Below, piece after piece: positions 1 through 12,311 of a stretch of 64,000 bases of DNA. Position 1 is the stretch's first letter, and each line of letters opens with the position of its first letter. The position numbers and the translations under genes are program-made. Source of the stretch: Azolla caroliniana (taxonomy: Eukaryota > Plantae > Polypodiophyta); the NCBI GenBank assembly GCA_043228905.1, contig JBHGNT010000014.1, forward strand, positions 11,470,001 through 11,534,000, in the 5' to 3' direction. Under the pieces are notes generated by a model. That model was not told the origin of the DNA. It was given only the letters and a program-made list of their open reading frames with translations, and searched no databases.

Positions 1-6
1 CCGCAT

Positions 7-2858
7 GTGCCGTGGAATCTCAAGCCGATCCCGGTACCGAGAGCTCACATCCCGAAGTTGATGGAGCTACTGAGGCAGAAAGTAGATATGGGCATTCTCG
101 AACCGTCGAGTGCCCCATACTCGAACCGATGGTTTACCGTACCGAAGAAAAACGAAACGTTGCGCTTCATTCAAGACCTGCAGCCGGTCAACAGAGTGAC
201 CATCCGGAACGCAGGAATCGGACCGACTATAGACGAGTTCGCGGAGGCCTTCGCCGGAAGGTCGATTTACTCGGTCGGTGATCTGTACTCGGGGTACGAC
301 CAGTTCCAGCTAGCCGTGGAGAGCAGAGACATTACGACAATGCGAACTCCCCTCGGCCTAGTCCGAATGTGTACCCTGCCACAAGGAGGGACCAACTCGG
401 TGGCCCACATGGTGAATGCAATGAACAAAGTACTGAGGGATTGCATACCGGACATCACCATGCCGTTTCTAGACGACATCCCCATAAAGGGGTGCCCGGT
501 GGAAGAGAAGGACGAGACACTCGGGCCGGACGGATGCCGGCGATTCGTAGCAACACACATCGACGACTGCGAGAAGGTGCTACAAAGGCTAGAGGACGCG
601 AGGCTCACCTTCTCCGGAGAGAAATCGGCCTTCGGGCAATCGGAAATCCTGGTAGTCGGGCACCTATGTGGGCCATATGGCCGGAAGCCGTCTCCGGCAA
701 AGGTAGAAGCCATCTCCGCGATGAAGACCGACTGTAGCTCGGTTACGGAAGTTCGGAGGTTCCTGGGGGCATGCGCATTCTACCACATATGGATCCCGCA
801 TTACGCCCACGTTGCGGAGCCGCTATACGGGTTGCTGAAGAAGGGGCAAAGATTCGAGTGGCGAGACGAGCACACGGGGTCGGTCCGGAAGCTGAAGGAA
901 GCTCTTACGGCAGCTCCGGCGCTCCGGAAGGCTGTCTACGAGAAGGGTACCCCGGTATACATAACGGTGGATACGAGTCCGACCGGGATCGGATGGGTCG
1001 TCAACCAAGAAGACGAGGATGGCATTCGGTTCCCGATCCGATTCGGCGCGAAGGTCCTCAGTGAGCGACAGCGAGGGTACGCCCAGGTTAAACGAGAACT
1101 CTGGGGTATCGTTTCGGCAGTAAAGGCGGACAAAGACTACCTGATCGGGACAGAAGTGATTATCGAGACGGATTGCCTGCCGATTCTTGGCATGGTTTCC
1201 GGATGCGCGACACCGGACCTGGCGATGCTCAGGTGGATAGCGTACATCAAGTCCCTGGACCCAGAGATACAACACATTTCCGGAAAGGACAACGCCATGG
1301 CCGACATGCTTTCAAGGGCGAGGTTTGATGACGAGGGCGGCATGGTTTTGGAGGACGAAGAAGTCGGCGTGGACTTCTTCGAGGCGGCGTACGTGACGAC
1401 CGATGGGACGAGCACTCCAGCACTTAACAACTTCGACGAGAGCAAGTACGACGGCGAGTGGCTCCAGATCGGTGGATTCTTGAGGACAATGACGTCGGAT
1501 GCATCATGGACGAAGGACGAGGCCAACCGGATCCGGAAGAAAGCTTACCGATTCTTTCTCCGGGACGGATACTTATGGAAGCACCCGAAGAAGAGGGACG
1601 GCGCTCCGCTCCGGGTGGTGGCAATGAAGGAAGAACAGGAGGAGCTGCTGACGGCCTACCACGACAGCCCTTGGGCCGGACACCGTGGAACCTGGGCCAC
1701 GTTCGAGAAGATAAAGGGGAAGTACTGGTGGCCGAGACTGTACCGGGACGTGCATCGATTCGTGACAACTTGCGAGAGCTGTCAGATGCACTCCTTAGTC
1801 CGACACCGAGACGAACTTCACCCTACGTACCCTCCGACCATCCACTTCAAATGGATGGTAGACCTGGTAACGATGTCGGTAGGAGTAGGACAGATGCGGT
1901 ATCTGGTCCTGGCTCGGGAAGATCTAACGAACCAGGTGGAAGGCAGGGCCCTTCAGAACAAAACGACTACGGTCGTATGTCGGTTCCTGCTCGAGGACGT
2001 AATATGCAGGTACGGGTGCGTCGGGAAGATCGTGGCTGATCGCGGGGAGTTGGACGCCGAGGAGGCCGAGGAGCTGTTCGACCGGTTAGGGGTCAAGCTC
2101 TCGCTTACCACTGCGTACAATCCAGAGGCAAATGGGAAGGTAGAGCGCGGACACGGACCGATCGTCAAGGCGTTGGTTCGGGCATGCGGAGGTCAAGTCG
2201 GGAACTGGCCGCGACTACTGCCTTACGCGTTGTGGGCTGACCGGACTACGCACAGTTCGGTAACTGGATTCATGCCGGCAGAGCTCATGTTTGGGCAGAA
2301 GCCGATCATGCCGATCGAACGTACGGTCTCCTCATGGGCAACCGTGGACTGGAGAGACGAGATGAGCCGGGAGGAACTGTTGATGGCGCGCATACGACAA
2401 CTCGAGCGGAGACCGGAGGACGTGGAGCAGGCTGCGGAAAGGCTTCGGGTGGCCAGGACGAGGAACAAAGCCCGTTCGACCGGACGCACCGGCTCCGACC
2501 GAAGAAAATCGAGGAAGGCGACTGGGTGCTAGTCTACGACAGCAGCCTCGACAACCAGCACCGAGCGACACGGAAGTTCGCAAGAAGGTGGTTCGGGCCT
2601 TACGTGGTACAAAGCGCCAACGACAACGGGACGTACCATCTGGCGGAACTCGACGGTACGAGAATGGCGATACCGGTAGCTGGGAAGCGGATCAAGACGT
2701 TCAAGAAGCGTCATGACGACAAGCCGGATCAGGTTGACTTGGACCGCGACGACGAGCGATCCGAAACCGAGGAAGAACCGACGGGCGGGGGAATGAAGGC
2801 TGGGCCGGTTTTCTCCGTCCAAACACAATTTGGCACATGCCGGTGGATGCGCGGTTAG
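7..2858 (+). pseudogene. pol: Gypsy pol (RT-RNaseH-integrase), one frameshift near 2475
   Basis: ORF 7..2532: RT motifs DLYSGYDQ, LPQG, PFLDD; RNaseH VDTS and ETDC; integrase H-H-C-C (YHDSPWAGH...CESC), D...D...E and YNPEANGKVER. The GPY module (RRWFGPY) continues in ORF 2334..2858. Confidence 0.9.
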
Positions 2859-2869
2859 GTGGGGGCGGA

Positions 2870-3502
2870 TGTCATGATGAAAACCGTCCACAAGCGGAAT
2901 CGGTGTACCGGAGCGTGGAAACCGACCCTTCATGCACGTGCGCCTTAAGTTGTACATAGGAGATCCTAGGAAGATTCGGTAGGTAGGGAGTAAAGGGGAA
3001 ACGGCTCCTTCCTTGCCTATAAAAGGAGGGAGACGAGGAGAGTAAGGGGATCGCGGAGAGTCGAGGACGAAGTGCTGTCGGATTGGGCGCGAAGGCTTCT
3101 CTCTCTCTCTCTCTGGTTCGCAGACTCCATAGCTTCCTTCTGTGCAGGTTTCGGGAGGCTCGCGCTGCTCTGAGGAATGCCCGAGTGCTTCCGGCAGCAC
3201 CTCCAACCTGTTCCTGTTTTTCTGTGCGTTTACGAACAGGTATCGGCATCTGTCCGCCGGCCTGTTCGGTTGTAACCGACTTCGTGTTTTGTTGTCCTCG
3301 TGTTCATGTTGTTTGTCTTGTCAATACATACATACTTTCGTGGTTTTCTGAGTCGCTGTCCCATTCGCGTCTTTGCGTCGAAGGGCCGTGTCCCTGTGAA
3401 TCTACGCTCGCACGTAGTGGGTCTCTCTCTCTCTCTTACTCTTCGGTACAGGACCCCCGAGGTCCCGCCTCACTCCACGCATCCGCGAGGAATACCTCGA
3501 CA
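2870..3502 (+). repeat. 3' LTR of Gypsy element
   Basis: Follows the PPT, has TG...CA ends and TATAAAA at about 3018; transposase-like sequence resumes directly after it. Confidence 0.85.
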
Positions 3503-4107
3503 ACGTCTACTCTAGCACTTGATAATGTCGACATACTCGTGTCAGACTTATCCTTGACCAAAACAGGCCATCTAAGACAGACTACAATCAAGATAATAAA
3601 AGAGAAGATCCCAGATGTGCTTGTTGACGCAACACAGAGGTGAACAAGGAGTATGTCTCATAATCACGGTGATGTTGGATTGCAATTGGATGAAGACAGT
3701 GCATTGGTTGCTAGTGATTATGAGGATGAGACCTCACAAAGCTCTTTTAGTTCATCGGGTGGGTCTGAAGGGGAAGGCGTATCTTTGGGAATTGATGGAT
3801 CTCATATATGAAATGTAAATATTGTATGTTAAATCAATATGGCGATTCACAAATATGTATAAATATATATGTTAGTCATTTTGTAATTTTTTTATGTTCT
3901 CTTTTAAATTTCACATGTCGATTATTAGGGGCATTTTTTGAAAGCCCTAAATTTTTGGACATGGTATAAATCAATATATTTTGATTCAATTTCCAAAACC
4001 GTTTATGCATGCGATGGTCCTTTTTGTGAAATGACCTACTTTGTGCCTTTTTTGAACGGACTGTTCTTAAATTGTGACATATTACCTGTTTCAAATGACC
4101 CGGTGTT
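3503..4107 (+). mobile_element. Right-end remnant of the Sola-like TIR family (transposase C-terminus plus right TIR), interrupted on its left by the Gypsy insertion
   Basis: Encodes TSTLALDNVDILVSDLSLTKTGHLRQTTIKIIKEKIPD, matching TATLALDCVDILVYDFSLTKSGHLRQATIKIIKEKIPN of the 48689..50635 ORF. Ends GACATATTACCTGTTTCAAATGACCCGGTGTT (4076-4107), identical to the right TIR at 50931-50962. Confidence 0.9.
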
Positions 4108-4163
4108 AATTCTTATTTATTCTTTTTATAGATTTTTTGGTGTATACGCCCATTATGGGGGAG

Positions 4164-4488
4164 TGTCGAATACGGATCTCTAATGGCCGTATTCACATTG
4201 TCCCTTCGAACAGTCTAGGTTTAGGACATCTTTGTAAATATGTCAAAGGGAGTTGCCCTAGCCATATAAAGGGCTTTGTAACCTAACTCAAAAGTTGTTG
4301 CTATTGTGAGAGAGTCGTTGTCTCCATTGTATTGTAACTAGTCTGAATAAACTGTTACATTGTGTGCCTTCTCTCTCTCTCTCTCTCTCTCATTCTGTTC
4401 TTTGATCTTGCTTTCATCTTGTGCACTCAGTAATCTTCATCTCATTGTGTTGTTGATGTTTCCGCATTGGTGCCCTCCATTCCCAACA
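4164..4488 (+). repeat. LTR (Copia-type) preceded by a polypurine tract
   Basis: GGGGGAG, then TGTCGAATAC...CCCAACA. It matches the reverse-complement LTR ending at 34925, which belongs to a Copia remnant. Confidence 0.75.
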
Positions 4489-5442
4489 TCGAGGGCCCAG
4501 ACTCGTAGAGTCTTTGAGCAAGGGGTTAGAAGGGTGGGGGGAAATGGTCTTCGGATGTAGGAGTTATTCTAGTGCCTGGTCATGCTAGTGTGAACAGGCT
4601 TTACCTAGGCAAGGTGTTTGGCTTGTGTGGTTTTGATGCATATTTCTTGATGTTGAGTTCGATATTTCCTAAATGGTGTGTATTGTGGAGAGGTGGTTCT
4701 CGCTGGTACGAGGTTTTGGTGTGGGTATTCGGTTTTGTTTAGGGATCCAGAATTGGTTAGTTCCTATCTACCATCCTTGGGCTTTGGTGAGCTTCTTTCG
4801 CACTGGCCATATAGCAAGTTGTCCTTTTCGGGGTCCTTCGACAAAAGCTGCATGAAGGTTTACCTACGCATGTGATGGCCTCGTCCGGTTGTTGGTATCG
4901 GTTGCTAGATTCTAAGGAACTATACGGTGACGATTGTCGGGTTAATTGGCAAACTTTTTATTCGGAGTTGTTTGAGGGGTGGTTAGGGTTTGGATGGATA
5001 GTCTAGCTGTGGGGGTGGTGTTGACGAGTTTTTCCGCCCTCAAACCTTTAGCGGTTTGGAAAGTTATGGTGTTTTTGCTTGGCGATATTAGACATTCACT
5101 TGTATGACACCAATCTAAGACGCAAAGGCAAGATGTATACCACACCTTTGATGGGAGGACGCAAACTCGCATTATTTGGGTGTTGTATTGTGTCTTGACC
5201 ATACACATGAAAGCTCTGACGCAGCACGATGTGGACCCCTTGAAGCCAAGGAAGTTGTCGTTGCATGCTTCGAGGTCTAGGAATCCTAGCTACGCCCACG
5301 TTTCGAAGGACAAAACAGTTAGTGAGGCTCTAGTGTTGATTATCACCGTTAGAGGAACACCATTGGCGAAGCATGGTAAGTAGGTTGTCAAGGCGTTAGG
5401 ATCCATTGACCCAACAATAGCTACAAAGTGGGTATCACTTTG

Positions 5443-5860
5443 TCATTTTAACTTAGCTTGTGCATTGTGGACATTGGTTTCGAGCCAGGCCATGCAACCT
5501 TTGGATGCTTTAAGTTTGGCCTCCACTTCTCGTTGTTGGGCAATGAGTAATGCTTCTAGGGTGAGGGGTCCATAATAGCGTTTTAGCTTGCTCCCGTTGA
5601 GATGAATCCCAAGATGTCGATTCCTTCGAGTGTGCGTATTCAACATGCACTTGTCTTGGTAATCTCTGAGACTACATAGGGGCTTTCTCCTCGTAATTTG
5701 AGCTTCTTTTTCTATCATTGGGAGATGAATTTGAGGGTCATATCCCCTTCGGCGAGATCTTTATCCTTTACTTTATTGTCGTGCCACACTTTTCTATTGC
5801 CTTTTTCTATCATGAGTGGTTGGAATGCAAGTAGTTGAGTTTTTGTCAACCGTTCCAAGT
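5443..5860 (-). pseudogene. Degenerate Gypsy integrase C-terminal remnant
   Basis: Broken ORFs reading KVWHDNKVKDKDLAEGD and HLNGSKLKRYYGP resemble the Gypsy integrase tail (vNg.rlK.Y). Confidence 0.55.
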
Positions 5861-5868
5861 AACAATCA

Positions 5869-6319
5869 GCAACGGTTTGGTTTGAGAGTGTCAAAACCAA
5901 ACCGTTCAAAAAATTTGAAACTTGAACCAAGCCACGAAACCATTAAACCAAAATTGTTTAAACCTAACCATTAAAAAAGCCAAACCGTTAAAATTGTGAT
6001 TTTGTGGTTTGGTTTCAGTTTTCACTTAGGTCAAAATTCAAATTCAAAATTTATTATTATTATTTTAAATGTTTATTTTTCAAAAAATTAAAAACGTTTC
6101 CTAAAATGTGAGAATTAGGCTTAAAAATGAAAAGATTAGGCTTAAACCGTGGTTCCTAACCATTGAAACCGAATAGAATAGAATTGTTCACCCCCCAAAT
6201 TGAACCGAACCGAAACAGAACAGTTAAAAACTTGAACCTGAACTGAACCAAACCATTTAAACCATTAAGTCGTTCAACCGCAGTTTCACGTTTCAGTTCT
6301 GTTCAAACTGAACCGTTGC
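5869..6319. mobile_element. MITE-like non-autonomous TIR element rich in AACCG/CGGTT motifs
   Basis: Ends GCAACGGTTTGGTTTGA and TCAAACTGAACCGTTGC (15/17 inverted match); AT-rich centre with many subterminal AACC(G) repeats. TSD not resolved. Confidence 0.55.
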
Positions 6320-6590
6320 CTACTATTAGTGATGGGAGAGGATTCCCTTCCCATCGCTCTTGTACGGCTATCTTGAGGCTAGGGACGATGGACTCAACTC
6401 GGAGTACCGCCTCTTGCCTGTAGACTTATTTAAAAGGCGTGTGACAAGTCACAATTTTATAGGAGGTGTGGAAGGCCCACAGTGTGGCTTGGAGATTGGT
6501 GCCCCAGTCGGACCGAGATGCTTCGATTATCTTCATAAGTACTGTACATAATAAAAAACTTTGAAATATGCCAAATGCTTTCCTCTAATT

Positions 6591-6816
6591 TTTTTATTTT
6601 TTTATTTTTTATTTTTTTCCTTCAAAGATTTTCCTCAGTAGTATTAAGAAAAAACATGTAAATGCTATAACTTAAGCTTGTGTGGCCAAAAGCTTACAAT
6701 TTTTCATGTACAATGATATACTATAATCCTAAGGCCGAAGATAGGACTTTGTAAATGGTGTTGAAATTTGTTGCTACACTCTACCGTGCTTCACTGGTAT
6801 TCAAGAAAGGGTACAT
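6591..6816 (-). mobile_element. 5'-truncated non-LTR retroposon (SINE or LINE tail)
   Basis: T-rich tail at the left end and a 17-bp direct repeat AATGCTTTCCTCTAATT at 6574-6590 and 6817-6833 (TSD). The body is the reverse complement of about 15042-15249. Confidence 0.8.
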
Positions 6817-7196
6817 AATGCTTTCCTCTAATTATCAAATGCCCATAAGCTTTTCTTGTTTCCCCACATTTTTGAGGTCAATGCTCCAACAAAAAACTAG
6901 ATAAATGGACTATATAATCCTAAAATAGTACAAACTATTAAGAAAATGGGAATGACAATTTGAATACATCAGATTACACATTTAATTGGAAGGGTATTTG
7001 GGGAATAAACTTCAAAGATAAGCTTATGTTGGAAACTAAATAGAATCTTCTAAGTCATTCAATTTGTTTACCCTATAAACATTACAAGATTTGGATATTT
7101 AAAGTAAACTTGTGCAAAAACATGACTTATAGTTTCATTTATCAAAGTCCATGAATTGGATTAAAATGTTTGTAACCCACGTACACTTGGTTTTTC

Positions 7197-7910
7197 CCAA
7201 GGTTAATGCATGAGCATGACATTTGATCTTTAGAGACCCACCGTGGTTGACAAAGAATTTTGTTTTCTAATCATCAATTATCATTAGCACAATAAGACAG
7301 TACTATGATGGAAGTTTTAGTTAGTTTAGAGGAGGGTGCTAATTGAAAGAACCCCACCATGTTTTCTAACAAATTGTTGATAAAATGCATTTATGATAGT
7401 GTTCAAGTAGGAACCTATGATACATACCCCAATGTTAATGTGAATGTGCTAACATTTAACTTTTACAATAAGGCCCACCTTGCTTAACAAAGGTCCTGTT
7501 TTGTAATTATTCATTATAATTAACACAATAAGACATTACTACCACACAAGTTTTGGATAATTTAGAATAAGATGCTACTTGAAACGTCCCCACCAGTTTT
7601 CCAAATGAAATGCCTTTAAGCTTGCGTTAAACTGGATGTTGATGATAGATAGTCAAATGTTAATGAACTTCATGACATTTAGCCTTTAGAATGAGACCCA
7701 CCTTGTTTGACAAAGGTTTTTGTTTTCTAGTTATTAACTATGATTAGCCCAATAAGACTATTATTATGCAAGTTTTAGTTAGTTTAAAAGATGATGCAGT
7801 TACTTAAAATGCCCCCACCATTTTTTCTAAAACATTATTGATAAGATATCTTTAAGCTTGTGTTAAAGTAGTAGTCAACAATACAAAGCCCAATGTTAAT
7901 GAACTTCATG
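7197..7910. repeat. Degenerate tandem repeat, about 230-bp unit, about 3 copies
   Basis: Recurring blocks (AATGTTAATG..., CCCACC..., CAATAAGAC..., AAGTTTT.G) at roughly 230-bp spacing. Confidence 0.7.
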
Positions 7911-9269
7911 AAAAAATTGTTATTTGGTTATCTTGTCATATTCATATCCTTGGTTATATTAGGGCGTATACTCCACACACACACCTATTGTATGAAACAA
8001 TTCTCATAGTAATGTGAGGGTTATAAAATAGATAAAAAGCTCCTAGATTATGCCGAGAAAGAACTACAAATTCTAAAACATTTGACTATCACAACATATG
8101 CATGTGAAAGGGTAACAATGTAGCCATAAAAAAAGTTGGGTTGCCTTGAGAAAGGAAATTGTGTGTCTTTATTCCTACTTTGTTCCTACTACGTCAGATT
8201 GATCGAGAAGCAATGGCATCGATGGGATTTAAGCCTACATCATGAAAAACATATTATTTAGGAGATTTACATTGAATACTTGGTTAAATGTTTTTAAAGC
8301 TTTCTTGTTGCATGACACAATATAACCTAAAATGCATGATTTCCTTGTAGAAGAACACACACTTGAAAGAGGTTTGAACAAAATCTACAATGTTGCATTA
8401 TTCTAAGGACATGGATGGTTTGAATCTATTCATATTATATCATACACATGGAATAGGCCTATGTTACCACTCTAACATGTATATGGGGAAGTATATGGGC
8501 TTGTGTATGGTCCATAGGGTCCTAACATGTATAGGGTGTCCTTGTATATGGTTGTACGTGTAGCCCCATGCATGATGGCATGATGTATATTGGATGGTTG
8601 AGGGGTGGATATGTGCCATAGTTTCTCTCGTATATAGGGGGCTACAAAAGTAATTACATATGGGTATAGTAGCCCTCATATTAACAAGCCATTATTTACG
8701 GTTGCCAAGCAATCACCAACTTGTACCAAGCAATCATACTCACCAACTTATGAAATTACCTTAAAAAATGAGTAATCTACACTAAAATACCATTGAATTA
8801 ATTGTGAGACACTTGCACACATGAGAACGACAAAAAATTCCTGAGTCCCAAAATCTAAAATTTTCATCGACGACGTATAAACATTGAATTACCTTACTAC
8901 AAATTACATCACTTATTATTCATTTACACCCTCTCAAAAGCGTTTGCCTTTCTAAATAATAAGATGGAAGGACATTTTTTGTCAATCCATAGTGGCATAG
9001 GAATTTCGGACTATCTAGCCATGTGCTTGTTACCTTTACACATTAGCGATCCAATGATGGAAAAAAGGTTTTGGAGTTTTGAGTATGTTGCCACTGAGCA
9101 AATTGTAACTACGAGTCCGATTCAAGGGGTCCTCATTTATATTTTTAGCCTTGTAACAATGATTGCAATGATGATGATTGACAAATGCGAAGGACATGAA
9201 GATATGTTAAAGCGTCGGCGATTATGGCTGAGGGGCTAGAGGGAGGGAGGGGGCTTTCCTTTGTTGTGA

Positions 9270-9828
9270 ATCTTATGTCTCTAACTTTTTACGACCTGGG
9301 CAAGGAAGGAAATGTCTTCTTCGAATAGAGAGAGGGGTTTTTTTTGGGGGGGGGGGGGATTTTCTCTTTCTCTTTTTTCGAGCACGCGCGAGTGTGAGTA
9401 AATGTCTCTCGATTTGTGGGTCATTTCTGGTTTTCTCTTCGCCGCTAAATTTAGCGGCGAATGTGGAGGGACAGAAGCGAGGGAGGGGGCTTTTAGCATT
9501 CCGGCCGCCTTCGATGGAGGAGGAAAGTGGGCCAAATCTGGCGGCCTTGAAACAGGCGGTTTTTTTGTCCAGAAGCGATTTATTTCTTCACTAGCGGCAC
9601 GTGACGGCAGGTTGAGCGTTTATGCCTCCCCCCCCTCCCCCCCGATTAGCCTCCTTTTACACTACTGAAGCTTCACGGCCCTTCATATTCAACGTGTTTA
9701 TCATCATCACATTCTCCCCCCCCCCCTCACCGGCCCTATAAACCTTTAGCTTTCTTCCTTTGTTCTTCCACAAAGTACAAAAAAGAAGAAGCTTTCCTTG
9801 TCTCTTACCCTCCCCTCCCCCCATCGCC
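9270..9828 (+). promoter_or_regulatory. Probable YUCCA proximal promoter and 5' UTR
   Basis: CTATAAA at about 9736-9742, CACGTG G-box 9598-9603, TGTCTC at 9276, 9403 and 9799, 24-bp palindrome 9438-9461. Function is inferred from position only. Confidence 0.45.
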
Positions 9829-12311
9829 ATGAAGCTTCCTCTCTCCTTTCTCGCCATGCATACCAACTTCTCTGCACGGGTGGGGCCTGATGAGCACCCC
9901 GCAGAGTATGATGCGACCGATATATTCTCTCGCTTTCCTTCTTCGGCGGGAACACAAGAAGAAGAAGAAGAAGAAGAAGAAGAAGAAGCTGTACCAGGTA
10001 TTAAGCTCAATACAATCGATTCTTCTTCTCCTCCCTCACACAGTGTTATCATCGTTGGTGCTGGACCTTCTGGCATGGCCACTGCTGCGTGCTTCAAGAG
10101 TCTTGGCATTCCTTTCATCATCATCGAGCGAGCTGATTGCATCGCTTCGTTGTGGAAAGAAAGAACATATGATCGCCTCAAATTACACATAGCCAAGGAG
10201 TATTGCAAACTCCCTCTCATGCCCCTACCTGATTCTCTCCCGCCTTTCGTTACCAGAGAACAGTTCGTCCATTACTTAGACGAATATGCTGCAAAATTCC
10301 AGCTCAAACCTCGCTTTAACGAGACCGTGCAATCTGCTAGTTATGATGAATCTTCACAGACATGGCAAGTCTATACGACGGTAGTTGGTCCATTTGCCGA
10401 AGGACCTCGTCGACACCACGTTAAGCATGTGGGAAGATGGCTTGTTGTTGCCACCGGTGAGAATGCAGAAGCTGTTTTGCCTGACATTCCTGGTCTAAAG
10501 GATTTCAAAGGCTCTTGTGTGCATTCCAGTCAGTATAAGAATGGTTCTTCTTACAAGGGTAAGAAGGTTCTTGTCATTGGTTCGGGAAACTCAGGAATGG
10601 AGATAGCTCTCGATCTCGCCAACAATGGTGCTGATACGTCAATTGTTGTTCGAAGCCCTGTAAGTTTCTGTAACCTCATAAACAGCCTTAAACCACTCGC
10701 TAATTGTATCATACAGAATTCTGCAAGCTCTACTGTAGAAAATAACTTCACCTGTCATGTATAGATTAAGATGTTAAAAAGCTTAATATATTCTGCATGC
10801 TCCCTTGTTGCGGATCAGCTTTTCCTCATCGTATGTCTATGACACGATTAGAAATATGTATGTAGTACTCCTTTCGTATATACTATGCATATATTTTCAT
10901 AACTTCGTTTCAGCTTTATTAGAAACGGAACGATTTGAGGCAAAATGTAAAAAAAATAAAAATATTTCGCAATTTTGTGTTGCAAAATGTGAACACGATT
11001 CCTCATCTAATTTTATGTATCATATCTCTGAACACTTTGACATGTGCCTTTATATATATGATCGCAGTTTCACATTCTTCCACGGGAAGTGTTCGGAAAG
11101 TCGACATTCTCTGTTGGAATGAGGTTAATGAAGTCTTTCCCCGTCTGGATGGTGGATTATTTTCTCGTGTCATACAGTAGGGTGGTGCTAGGAGACACAG
11201 CTGCTTATGGCATCCAAAGGCCTAAAATTGGACCTCTTGAGTTGAAGGCAAAAATGGGGAAAACTCCTGTTCTAGACGTTGGAACTCTGGACAAAATTCG
11301 CTCTGGCGACATCAAGGTAGATAAGATAATTCATTTATTTGCATTGAATGTTCAAATATGCCTTTTCCTTGAGTTGAATTGCAGCTTTACCTGCTATGCA
11401 TTATGTATGACCTTTTTCTATTGACCTTGATTTGTACTATATCTCGTACTTTCTATATTTGCATTAGTTGCCATCTTCAGCTCCAAAATCTCACCACTTC
11501 TAGTTCCGGTTTACGAATTTCATGATTTCCACTGCGTTCGGTTGTGCAAATTCTCACCATTTCTTCCACCATTGTTACTACGAATTTCAACATGTCTACA
11601 AAATTGATCATGTCTGCCTTGAATTTTACCGTAAATTTACAAATGCTATTGCGGTGCTCAATTTTTGTGCAAAATCTAACTACTTCTGCCTCCACTGGAA
11701 CTGCATTTCATTATTCCTGAATTCCACTGCATTGCTTGATTTATCTGCAAAACCTAGCCATTTCTACCTCTACTTGAACTGCATTGGTTGCAAAAAAAAA
11801 CTCACCATTTCTTACACGTCGTTTAATCTATCTTCATTTCAAGGTCAAGTCTGCTGTCGAATGCCTGACAGAGACAGGAGTGACGTTTGTTAAAGGCACT
11901 ACCGAGAGCTTCGATGCTATTATATTTGCTACTGGTTACAAAAGCAATGTTCTAGGTTGGTTAAAGGTACTAACTTGCGACTCTTGATCATCACTGTTAA
12001 TAAAAATATCAAGTTGATCAGGTTATCGTACTATGAAACAATATTTCAAAGTGTGGTTTTATTGTGAATGAAAAATTGATCTAATTTTATATTTGTCTAA
12101 TGAAAATTATCAGGACAAGGGGAAGTTCTTTGGATCCAATAGCATGCCACGACAGCCATGTCCACGCAATTGGAAGGGAGAGAATGGACTCTATGTTGCA
12201 GGTCTGTGTAAAAAAGGCGTTCTTGGAGCAACAACAGACGCCATGCTCATCTCTCAAGATCTATACCACTCTTATTTCAACGTCCGATCAAACAACAGGA
12301 TCAATACATAA
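9829..12311 (+). CDS. YUC: YUCCA-family flavin monooxygenase (indole-3-pyruvate monooxygenase); exons 9829-10659, 11068-11316, 11844-11966, 12114-12311; about 466 aa
   Basis: FAD motif GAGPSG, YDRLKLH, ATGENA, FMO motif [17 protein letters not shown] motif [34 protein letters not shown]. Three phase-0 GT-AG introns join into an uninterrupted frame. Confidence 0.95.

Larger units (their letters stand above)
1..3502 (+). mobile_element. Ty3/Gypsy LTR retrotransposon, 3' part (non-chromodomain lineage); 5' part lies outside the window
   Basis: RT-RNaseH-integrase order, purine-rich tract GGTGGGGGCGGA (2858-2869), then LTR TGTC...GACA 2870-3502. The start of the window closely matches 63571-64000. 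Confidence 0.93.

Noticed and set aside
9760-10764. 334-aa single-exon ORF as the whole gene
   Set aside because: It starts at a non-ATG codon and runs into intron 1; the spliced four-exon model completes the FMO motifs.
11477-11893. ORFs within YUCCA intron 2
   Set aside because: Short, loosely repetitive, no recognisable domain, and not needed for the YUC frame.
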